From positions 41,664,001 through 41,728,000 of the forward strand of contig NC_087452.1 in assembly GCF_036321535.1 (NCBI RefSeq): a DNA stretch of 64,000 nt, read 5' to 3'. Shown here piece after piece: positions 12,501 through 24,500 of the stretch (position 1 is the first letter of the stretch; the number at the start of each line of letters is the position of its first letter). The translations under genes were made by a program, and so were the position numbers. The notes beneath the pieces were generated by a model, which worked only from the letters and a program-made list of their open reading frames with translations, was not told the origin of the DNA and searched no databases. The stretch comes from Camelus dromedarius (Eukaryota).

Positions 12501-15500
12501 GTGGTGGGCCAGGAGGTCCACTGCACTGATGGTGCTGGCTGGGTGCCGAGCCCAGAGCCAAGGACTGGGGTGTGCCCACCTGTCAGCTGAACTCGTGCAC
12601 CGAGGGGAAAAGAAGCCGGAAGGCTGCACTGGGGGCTGATTCGGCAGAGCCGGCCTGGAGCAGCAGAGACAGAGAGGTTAGAGAGACAGATGGAGGGGCA
12701 GGTGGGAGCCGTCCAGGAAGAGAGACCGAACGAGGATGTTTAAGGGAGTGCTGGGGATGATGCCAAGGAAGAGTGATTTCCATTTTGGCCAAGAAAAGAC
12801 AACTCTCCATCCACCGGCACCACGCAAACTTCCTGTTTGTCATTTCCTTGGTTATCAGGCTCCCCGGCACCTGGGCACTACGGCACAGCTAGTCTTGGCA
12901 CCGCCCATCGGAGAGGAAATCCACCAGGGAAGATTATGCCTTTCCTAAGGCCACGGTCTCTTTTTAGGATGCAAAAGTCAGGCCCGGGCTTTGGATTCCC
13001 TCTCCATGGGCTCATGCTGCACAGCCTGGCGAAGAGCCTGGCAGAACGTGAGCAGGTGGGGTTCTCTCTCCCCTCGGGCATGACAGGGGCCCAGACCAGC
13101 AAGGCCCTGCCTGGCAAAGCAGCACGTCTGGGAACGCAGAGTCAGGGTCCCCGTCATGCAGAGAAGGAGGGAGCCACACAGAGACAGAACACGGGGGTCC
13201 TGGAGCAGTTCTGGAGACAGGTAGAAGGCTCACCTGGGCCCCACAAAGTTCATTTTTCGGGCCGCTCAGGGCCCCTGGTGGTGCCACCAACAAATGGATG
13301 GTGTTGACCCCATCAGGGTCAGGGCCTGAGACACAGTCACAGTAAGGATCTCTCCTGAGGAGCAAGGCCTGCCTGCCTGCCCTTCACACAGTGCGGGCAC
13401 CTAGCACACCTGTCAAAACACAGACTAGACCACACTGGGGGCTCGCGGACCTGCTTGTTCCCTCAAACAGTGGGGGAGAGCAAGGAAACCACTCTTTGGT
13501 CAGAGCCAGTGTAGACGCTGGGTCAGAGATGCAAACCAAGCCACAGGACCAAGATGTGTGTGAGTTATTTTACCGCCACGAACAATGACGGCCATAAACA
13601 ATGGACAGCTGGTGCACTTACCGCGGGACAGCGCCCAGCACAGCACCCAGAACACGGCAGGGGCTGAATACGAGTCGGCCATTTTGCTAAGCTGCTTATG
13701 GGTGTTATTCCATTTGCCCCATCCCATGAAGTAGACAGAATTACCTCCATCTTACAGAAGAAACTAAGGCAAGAAAAGGACCTTGCCTGAGGTCCCAGGG
13801 CTCGTTATGGCAGTCAGAACTCTCATTCGGCCCTAGCAGGTGGATGACTCTTTGACACTTACCTCTCCCTGAAACCTATGTAAGTGCACTCAAGAGCACA
13901 GAGGTGCGAGCCTCTAGCGTTTGGCTGCCAGTCAACAGAGGAGACGCAGACGCCCTTTCTTGGGGACACATGCGTGATTTCCTGGTCTGTGGACAACCAG
14001 CCTCAGTGGCTGTAGTCACCAACTTCCCAGAGCGTTTGTTCCCTGTGCTCCTGTCACTATGGTAACCTAGGAGCCTTTCAGGCTGGTACTGTGTGCATGG
14101 CCTGCATCCATCCCATCTGGGGTGGGAACCTGTCAGCAGGGAAACAGCTTCCCCCACCTTAACACAGGGCTGCTTGACAGACGGGGCAGGGGTGGAAGGG
14201 CTGGGGGCACTGGGCTGGGCGCTGGGGCTGGGGCGGGACCCACCTTGGCCAGGCTGGCAGTAAAGAGCACGCACTCGAAGAGCTGCCCCATCCTCTGGAG
14301 GAACTCATCCACATGTGGCCGCTTCAGCACATACACCTGCAAAGGCAGGGACAGCATGCTGGTCAGTCACAGCAGTCCCTGGGGATGGCCTGGGGCCAAG
14401 ACGCCCTGTGTCAGAAAGAATTCCTAACGAGGTTCCCACCCCTTGCCCCCAGGTCTAGTGAGGTCTGTGTGAGGAGCCCTGTAGTCACACGTGGTGCCTC
14501 AGGCCAGACACACACCTCAGACTGGGCTCCAGGTCGGAGTTCAGAGCAGATGCCCCTCCCAAGAAAGAAAGGGAAGCCAACCAGGTATCGAGGGTCTTTG
14601 GGGTTTTCAGAACCGGCACGTGGAAGGGTTGTGCCACGACTCCATTGCACACGTGTTTCTCGGCACAGGCTCTGGGTCAGGCCGTTTGTGGACACAGGCC
14701 ATAGTCTGGGGTAGTACTTTTGGTGGAGGTCAGGGCCTGGCCTGTTGCCCCGCAGGTCTGGGGCCGCTCTCCTACTCTGACTGGAACCCCTCCCTCGCTA
14801 GGAAGGCCTGGGGCCGAGGCACAGGCCCAGCAAAGCTGCAGGAAGGTCCTTCCTCGTAGGCTTGGGAAATCACAACAAAGGTAACTCTGCTTGGATCTAC
14901 TACAGAAACAGCTATTTCAGGGGATGTGAAGCCAGCCTACTCCCAGGCCCCAGAAACGAGTCATCAGGAGGAGCCTCCAATCAGCGGGTGCAAAGAGCAG
15001 CACCCTCTCCTAGAGTGGCTGAGCTCTGCTCCTGATTCGGGGGCTTGAACGGATCTGAGGAAACAAGGGAGCTGGGAGAGAAGGCAGAGGAGGTGGGAGG
15101 AGGGAAGACCTAATTAAAACTTGAATAAATTCCATTTGAACTTAGCCACTTCCCTAAAATAATCTGAACTTGTTAAAATTCAATTCAATTCATATTCGCT
15201 GAGCCCCAGCTCTGGGCTCAGCCTGAAGCGATTACAAAGGTGAATGAAACACAGGCCTTGCCCTTGAAGAGCTCACAGTCTAGAGCAGATATACAGAAAA
15301 ATACATCAAAATAAACATGCACAATGAAAGCTGTAGTAGATGGATACACTAAGGACAATTAACTCCCCTCTGAAGGGAAGGGAATCACAGAAGGGACCAT
15401 TTGGTCTGGACCTTGAAGGATGAAGAGGAGTTCACCAGGCCAATAAGGATAAGTGAGCTTGTAGGCAGAGGAAACAGTATGAGCAGGAGATTTGGCCTGA

Positions 15501-18500
15501 AAATACTTGGGGTGTTAAGAGAATGGCCAGGGCCCGGCATGAGAAGCCCTTCAGAGGTGGTAATAAAAGAGTGGGCACCAGGAATAGAAGAGGAGGCTGA
15601 AGATGAAGTGTGAAAGGCAGGTCAGGGTGAGAACACTAGGGGCCAGGAACGGCAGATGAAGCAGGCTGGATACCCCAAAGGACAAGTAACAGAGGGAAAC
15701 GGGGGCCTCTGCCCCACACAGAGGATGTGCTGCTGGCAGAGGAACTTACACAGAGGCATGACTTGCTGGGAAACTTGTGGCTGACTGAAAGGGTGTGCAG
15801 CCGAGGATGGAGAGAGGTGCCAGAGAGGTAGGATGGTCTAGGGTGGGTGCCAACAGGGCTCTGAGGAGCTGGGAGGCCTGGGTGGGGGCAGAGGACAGGG
15901 CCTGTGGCTGCAGGAGCTCCAGGCCCCCCACTTTGCCCACGAGACGCTTGGTGCCAGGAACAGGTGCGGCCTGTGGTCCTCGGTCTCCCTGGGATACTGC
16001 TCCGAAAGCAAGCTTTGCTATGTGCGAGGGCAGGGGACTGGTTTGGGAACACTGGTGTCGGTGCCTCTGGCAGAGAGGAGGGTCCTGGGCCCAGAGGCCA
16101 GCATCCAGGCCCGCGTCCGCGTGCAAGTAACCAAGAATAGGCCCCTTGGGACCTGCACAGCCTATCCTGGATTACTTGAACGAGGCCACGGCCTTTGCCA
16201 GGGCCTTGGTCCTCCTCTGGGCGCCTGTGGCTTCGTTCCCTCAGGAGAGAGTTTCTGACCCCAGTCTTGGGGTATTTACCGCCAAGTGAATTGTAGCACA
16301 GTCTGGAGGGCTGGGGGAGCTGGGCAGCTCCTTTGGAAACGGGCTGGCCAGAGCAGGTCAGGCCCCGAGGGCCATGCTCACAGTCAGGAGGAACGAAGGA
16401 TTAATTTCTCTCCGAATTCCTGTCATGCCAGTGGGCAGCTTCTCCTCTGTCTCATTATCTTGCAACATGAGCCAAGATAATAAAAGCAGAAGCTTTAACT
16501 GCTTCTCAGATGCTGAGTTAATTCAGCTGATGCTTCTGCAAATGTTAAATGCCCAAGTGCCTGCCATTCTGGCTCCCTGATGGCCTTCAAAAGCACGAAG
16601 TGTGGAGACACTATGGACAGAGCTGCCTTTCCCAGGGATGGGTTCCTGGCAGGACCTCCTGGCAGAGGAGGAGAAGGACTCAGGAAAAGAACCCTGGGTC
16701 AGGGGCAGGAAACTGGAGCTCTCATTTTAATTCTTCCTATTGTATGACCTTGAACCAACCCTCTCTCTGACTGAGACTCAGTTTCCCCAGGTGGACAATG
16801 AGTTGGCTGGACCAGCTGATTTCCCAAGGCCTCACTGCTCTGACATCCTGCACTCAAGGGCCAAAGAGACTACTGGCATCATTAAGGAAAGACAATACGT
16901 TATGGCTCAAGCACCAAGGGAGGGTTTTCCTCCTGGGACATAAACAAATCAGGCCAGAGACTCTCCCTTTAAGACCTTGGGGTTGACAAGGAAGATGACC
17001 GGATCACCCTGGTGGAAAGCCTACAATGTTTTCCTATGATGTTTCCAATATTTCATAAACGAAACTATTCCTGGAGGAGCTTCATGCAGAAAAAAGGAGA
17101 ATAAGGAAAAAAAATATCAGAACAAGGATGCATGCCAACCGACTAGGGAATCTTTATTCAAAGCTGCCTGCTGATCCAAAAACACACACCCTTCCTCCTT
17201 GCCCTTTTGGGTTGGGTTCTTGCTAAATATTCACTGGAGAACACGATGCAGGAGCGACAAGATCAGCCTGGAATGGCTGGCATTGGAAACAGACAAGTTT
17301 TCACGAGAATCTACCATAACTGGGTGACATGTGACATTTTCCTGTTGCCTGGTAGGAGACTGGCTGAGAGCAATTACATGGGGAAGTTAATTAGACCATC
17401 AAGCTAGGCCAGTGGGGGATATGGAAACTTCTAAAAGTCTGCATCAAATCAAAGAACTATTTGAACTTGCAACCACATCTAATATTAACAAGCCAATTAT
17501 AGTTTCCCTTATAAACTCAGTATAGATTTCCTCCGAGTAGGAAAAAAAAAGCAGAAAATCATTGCGTTTTAAAATAAAGTCTGCTTCCTTTTGATTCAGT
17601 AATAAAATCATTACTGAATTGAGAATTTAGAAATAAAGTTCATAGGAAATGTAATTACTAAAAAATGCTAACTTGAAACTCAAGATTTAGCTTTGATTTC
17701 TTACCTGATGTATAGTTCCATCGATTTCAACGGGAACAATAAAATCAGCATTACTAATAGGCTGGAGAGAAAAGAAACTATGATTAGTATGTCTGAAAGA
17801 ACAAAACAAAATAGGAAATTTTAGCAAGAAAAAAAGCTTGCCTGGACCAATGTTTTTATCATTGGAAAAAACAGTTCAGGATGTTGACACATGCCTTGGT
17901 TCCTCAAAAAAATATAAGCACAAGCAGGAAAGCCTATGATTTTCTGTTCTGAATATCGTTACATTTTCAGCATCTTGGTCCACACTCTTTAATCACCTGC
18001 CTGGCCCCACAAAGGGTGGTGCACCTGGCTTGGGAGTGGGGCTCCTCAAACTACAGCTCTTGCCTGTGGCCCCGACAGGACGGCAGGAACCACTGCTGGC
18101 CACTAGGGGGAGGAGCTGAGAGCCTGACAGCGCAACTTGGGGGAAAATACTTTGTGCTGGACCCACTAGAGCAGACTGCACTGTGAGGGGCCGCTTGACA
18201 GGTGATCGGTACATGAACCCGAAGTGGGGCCACAGATCTGCGGGCTGAAGTCAGAGGCCACAGCCACGATCCTGGCAGGCTCTTTCCCCTCTGGATCTTG
18301 GTTCCTCCTCTCTTCCAAAGCTTTAGCAATGCGTCTGATGAGCGCACATGCTCCATCCAGTCCTACACAGCAGTGATTTTGGGCCTCGCCTGGCACCACC
18401 TCCTGCCCTGGGGGGTGGGGAGAGCCAGTCCCCCCAACCCCGCATCCCCCAGACTGCTCTGCTCTAGGTAATACCATATCCAGCCCACTCACAAACTTCT

Positions 18501-21500
18501 GCATATTTAAAATAACTTTTTGAAATATTAATGATGCTGAAAATTCAAATCATCAGACCACAAACCTTTGGGACAAGCAGGAGAGAGACAGAGGGAAGGA
18601 GCGCACGTGTGTGGGGGCCCCTGGGCAGGGGCGTGGGGAGAACAGAGTCTCTGATCAGAATCTGAACTGGGGTCTGCCTTTAAGCCCATCACTGTACACA
18701 CACGTGGTTCTTTGATATGCAAACTGCAAAAAAAGTGGAAATGACTAGATCACAGAACCCTTACTAAGCAGTCTGTAGAGCACTCGAGGCTTAAGATTGT
18801 AGTTTATTCACTCTTACGGTTGGAAGGCTAGGGATGCGTTCAGTCTCTTGTAATTTCACAACTAAAAGACAGAATCAGGCTAGAAAACAAGATTGAAGGA
18901 AGAAACTCCCACAAGGCATCAGACTGTGAAATCATATTCCACAGCATGTAACAAGAGGGAAACCACTCCCCAGCTCCGAGCAAGCACCTGCCCTCTGTCT
19001 CTACTCACGCACGGGTGTAAATGAGGCCAGGCCAAAGCCAGGGTTCTAAACCTGGGCTCGTGGGCCTGTGTGTTGTACAGCTGTACAGCTGTACAGCTGC
19101 AAGGAGAGAGGTTCACAGCTTTTGGATTCTCAAAGGGCTCTGAAATGCCCAGAACATTAAAAGCCATATGATGAATATTTTGCTTGCAAATGTAGGTAGG
19201 CCAGGGAGGAAAGAAATGGAGAGATGTTGTTCATATGAGCCTGTTGCACCAACACCCTCTGAGCAGGCCCTGGAGACGCCTTCGAAGCCAGGAACCCTGT
19301 TACTCAGGGATCTGGCCAGCGATGCCCACACACCCAGAGCTGCTGGGAGGGAAGCTGTCCATGCTATGATGGCAACTGACCCCTGCTCTAAAGGGCTTTT
19401 CCCCTGAGGGACTCGAAAAGTCCTGAGCATTCTGCTCACAGGGGGAAGCAGGCTGCCAGTGCTGTTCAGAGTTCAACTGAGAAATAAGATCACTGCAGCC
19501 CTGGGGACGGATTCTGGAAGGACCCTCAAGACACTGGGATGAATGGTACCCACAGGCCCCAGTGGCTGGACAGGCCATTTGTCACTGCCAGACATAAGGG
19601 TGGCCCCCTCCACTCTCCAAAGGACTCTGGGACAACTGCCTGGCCTTGTCCTGTCAAGGAGGAGTCTGTTTAGTGAGAAGCAGGCACAAGGACGGATGTT
19701 TCTGGCAGAAAGGTCTCCAAGAAAATCTGATGGTTCTCCTTCTTCCCACACATCTGCCAAGGAAGGACCGGGTGGTGCAAGACACATACTCCACATGTAG
19801 ATGGTGCCCTCATGTCTCAGCAAAGCGAGGTGGGTCACGGGCTGGGGGTGGAAGAGGAACATGGTCCAACTGGCCAGCAACAGCAGAGCACTTCCATCAC
19901 CAGAAACACCCCGAGGGAAACAGGACCAGGACCCCTAACACCTGCTTCTTCTCCCCAACGCACCAATCCCCTATTTCCCCATTTTCTCATCACCTGCTTC
20001 TTTGAAACAACTTCAAAAAATGGGAAAGTGATTAATTCACTCATTCCTTAGTAGTGAAGCCATAGCTTTTTCTGCCTGGAGGCCTCTGGGTAACCTGTAT
20101 TTCTGCTGTTACTCTGGTGGGGAGATGGAGACGGAGAGCAAGGAAGGCAATGGACGTGAGACAGTCAGACCTCACCGTGATGTTGCTGCAGCCCCACACC
20201 TGCCAGGCGGGAGGGCACGCAGGTGGATGCTCACTTAGCCGTGAAGCTTATGAAAAATCCCTAGTGACCTCTCATCATGAAAACGGCCCAAAGAAATGGC
20301 TGAATCCGTTCAGATGCCATAACTGTGGAAGTCTTCTTCAGAGCTGGCCATCTTCCAAGACTCAGTCTGGGAAAATTCCCAGGATTGCAGGTCGCCTGAC
20401 AGTTTTCCACAGGGCAGTGCAACTCACAGCACATACAGCTCTGCAGTTACCTTGACGAACACACGGCAGTGTCCCGGGGACCTGGTGCACTGACTGCCTT
20501 GTGCCACCTGGAAAGTATCTCTGCGGGGGGTGGAGTGTTCGAAAACTCAACCTCATAAATAAGAATGAAGTCTCAGTGTGTTTTTTCCTCCAGACTAATT
20601 ATGTTAATATTCAACTACCCAGGTTAACCACCTGAGTTAATAAGCAACTGTTACTGGGATTTCTTCATGAAGTCACACGCCAACAATCACAAGCTTTCAT
20701 CCTTTGTATTTTCCCTTTTCCAATACAATTGTGACCAAACCACAAAGATCACTGATTATTTTTTATGCTGATTTACCTTAAATGAACTGTGCACCAGTGT
20801 TTCATCTAAATCAATGACCACACATTTCTTTCCATAGTCAAGCACCGTGACCTCTGGGAGGAGGTATTTAGCTGGTGGCTAAAGGGGGAAAAAAAATCAA
20901 TGTTATTACCTTCATGTAAAAGACAAACCAATTCCCTTATTTTTCTGTGATACTATGTCTATGAGATTATAAACGAAACCAAACATTTTAAATGCCTGGT
21001 CAAGCACATCATGGGATTTTATTAAAGACAGTAAGAATAAATAGTTTGCAAATGAAGTTTTACCAAACACAGTGCCGTTGTCTGAAGGGGTATGATGAGG
21101 TCCTGGGCTTTGGAACCAGAGTTCCAAAACCTGAGTTTGAGTATCAGCTCAGTCTCTTGGCTGTGAGTTGAAAGGCTGTTGTCAGCTGTAATGGCAACGC
21201 CTAACATTCTGCCTGGCACAAATGCGGTGGCTATTGTTATTATTAAAATAGACTATATAGAAACAAATGTTTAATTATAATAGCTACTCCAACTATGCAG
21301 GCCCATGTTCTGGGGTGATATTTCATCTGAAATTCATTGTGGTATATAAGTATATTTTAGAGCTACACTGGACCATGGTTGTTGTTGGTTTTTTTTGCCC
21401 CTAGTGACTAACATTTTCAAAAAAACTTTTAAGAGGAACTATAGAACCATCGGCAAAATGCAATTCAAAGTGACCTCCAATAATAGGAAACAGATATGAA

Positions 21501-24500
21501 ACTGGTCCAGGTCCAGGGCCCTGCCTTGTGCCGGGCCCACAGGGGTGTAATAGTGAATGAATGTGAATTTTTATCCCTTGGAGTCCCCGTCTCCTTTAAT
21601 CCACGTGCTGTGTGTTAACCAGAAAATCCATGTGTGTTTTTGCAGTAGCTGACTCTAATCTTGTCATAAAGGGATCACAAAGAGTTATTAAATGCTAGCT
21701 ATCTTCAGCCAACCACAGTCTTAAGAGTATTTATTTCTTGGGCCTTGCTTCATTCTAGAAATGACTTGAAGTATTTTAGTTTACTTTGTGGCATACTCAG
21801 TATCCAGTGTTAATTAGCTAATTGTCCGTCCTGGGGGAAGGTCAAGCTCTGCTCCATGTTTAATATAAAACAAAACACAAGAAAATATCTATCCCTAGCC
21901 ACGGAAGACTGGATAATTTAGCTTACCAAATAAAACAGGAAAAAAAAAATCAAATCAAGAGGTTTTCCATTTAAAATGGCTTTTTCTTTTTTGTGTGTGT
22001 TTTTTGTTTAAGTTGAATGTTAGTGAAGGAATTAGAGTTAACTTTGGACTTTAGCTGGTTCAACAGCGAACGTAAGGCAGGCAGTCAACAGGTTAGGTAA
22101 ATCTGGGAGTGCAACAATCGTCCTGGCAGCAGGGATCGTCTGGGGCTGAGCAGGACGACACCACGTGTGGGGACACGAGTGTTTCTTATTCCAGGGGCGC
22201 TCTGTCTAGCGAGCACGGGGATTACAAACTCCTCCCGGCCTCCCAACGCCCTTGGCCCGAATTAATGTTCACCAAGCAGCAGTCCCTGACCATGTGGCAC
22301 TGGGAAGCAATGCACCTTAGACTCGGGGCATGGGATCCGGGGCCCAGGGAAGGACTCTGCCCCTTGTTACAAGTCAGCAAACAAGCAGGTTTATTACAAA
22401 AATTAAACTTGCAAGAAGTTCTGTATCAAGAAGAGGTTTAAAAAGACAGGGGGTGATAAGCCTACTAAGTGAGCCTAAGAGAGGACTGGGGTTATTTTTG
22501 TTGTGTGGGCCATAGCAGAATGCATGCTGCTGACTAGAATAAAATTTGTTTTAATTTTTCATTATGCATTGATGTAATAAAAACACATTTGCACTGTAAG
22601 GAATATAGACACATAAACCTATTCCCTCTTCCATGTCCTCCCCAACACATTCCTTTCCCCAGATGTCCTCCCTTTCAGCTTGGTGTGTATCTGTCCAGCC
22701 CTTTTTCTCTGCATTTATACACTAAAACAACATTTCAACCTTACATAATCACTAGCCTGGAGAATAAGGCTCTAGAACATCTCTCCCTAGCATATCTGAA
22801 AACATCAAAGATATGCCAAAAGTGGCTCAGTTATTTTCCAAACCCGAGAATAAAAATTACTTTCTTTGCATATTTAACCCACACTTTATAAGCAATCTCT
22901 GAGTTAACAGTAACGAAAAAGCCTCACCATGCTGATCTGAGAGAGAAAAAAGCGAGCAGACTGAGAGTCACAATAAGCAAGCTATTGATTTAGCATTTGT
23001 GCTGCAGGGAGCAAGGCCAGGCTGGGGCAATGCGCTCGAAGGGTTCATTAATTTGCAGCCTGTTTCCTAAATGCACATGGCTTCTCGAGAGCTTGGCTTT
23101 AGATTAATGCAAATTCTTCAGACCACTGCTAAGAATTTTCTGGGCGGCTGTGTCCTTGGAACATGCAAGGACACTATATAATTGCAATGGTGTTTTGTTA
23201 CTACAATTGATCTGTTCAGGTGACGCTTGAATCATTAACTAAAAAAAAAAAAAAAGTGTCCTGAGCAAATTTTCTCTCAGGCCATCATAAAGCTGAAAAA
23301 CAAGAGGAACACCAGTCATGTCCAAAAGAGCCTTTTGTAGAAATAGTAATTTTGTGATGTGATGCAGGTGTTAGTTAACATTATGGTGTGATCATTTTGC
23401 AGTATGTAAGTGTATCAAATCAACACTTTTCCTTAAACTTATGCAATGATATATGCCAATTATATCTCAGTAAAGCTGGAGTAAAAAACTTAAAAAATAT
23501 ACAGAATGACTTGCTCCAAAGCACCTGGTGGGCACTGCCAGAGGGATGGGGACCGGGGTGGTAAGAAATCCCACGGGGGATGGTTTGGGAAGGGTATTCA
23601 CTCCAGCTCTCCTCCTGGGAGTGGATGTGAAATTTCCTGTCCTTGGTGGTTAACTGGCAGCCAGGAAGAATTCATCTAAGGCTCTTTTCTTTATAGTACC
23701 CACCCCATAAAACACCTTTGCCAGTCTTACAAATGTGGTGCCTCTTCTTGGTACATGGGATGGCTGTTTTTGAACTGGAGTTCTCAGGCTCAGGGTCTGC
23801 ACACTGTGCTCCCCACGTGGGCCTCTGAGCTCAGAGCAGAGATCCCAGGGCTGCTGGAGGAGGGGCCAAGGAGACTCGACACCAGCTTTAACTAGAGTTG
23901 TTCCGCTTACACGTTCTTTGGTGGAAAAAAGTACACTCCTGCTTATTAAGAGGCTTAGGCCAACAGCACAGAAACAAAGCTGTTAGAAAACAAATCTCTC
24001 CCCTCCCGATTCAGCATTTTTATGGCTCAGCTGCACTGTCAGCCCTGTGCTGGTGTGTGATTCGAGCAAGGACGTGGGAACAGGAGGGGTCGGTCCTCCC
24101 TGGGGCCAAAGCACCTGATGCTCACCTTCCGCCATCACCCCCAAACTACATGGTTTCTAAACCTGTCCCTCTGCACCTTTTCCTTACCCTTCAATACCTG
24201 AGTTTTACTGGACCAAACATGAACCTTCCCATAAGTTGTAGAGAGGGCCTCCCAGTCACAGCTCACAGTTGGGAGACACGTTACTAAGCAGAATGTTTAA
24301 GACCAAGTCCAGATAAAGATGTCTTTCCAATAGGTGCACGAAAGATGGGGTACTTAATAAATAATGCTCAGACAATTGACTTGCCACCTGGAAAAGGAAA
24401 TAAAGCTGGATTGCTACCTCATGCCTGACACCAACATAATCCAGATGGAGCAAAGATTTCAGTGTAATGATGAAGCCATTAAAATACTAGGAGAAAAAAT

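Noticed and set aside
13863-13924. Possible 62-nt poison exon or 6-nt microexon ending at a perfect GAG|GTAAGT donor (minus)
   Set aside because: Candidate acceptors have weak pyrimidine tracts, and GTAAGT is expected many times by chance in 60 kb. Junction reads would be needed.
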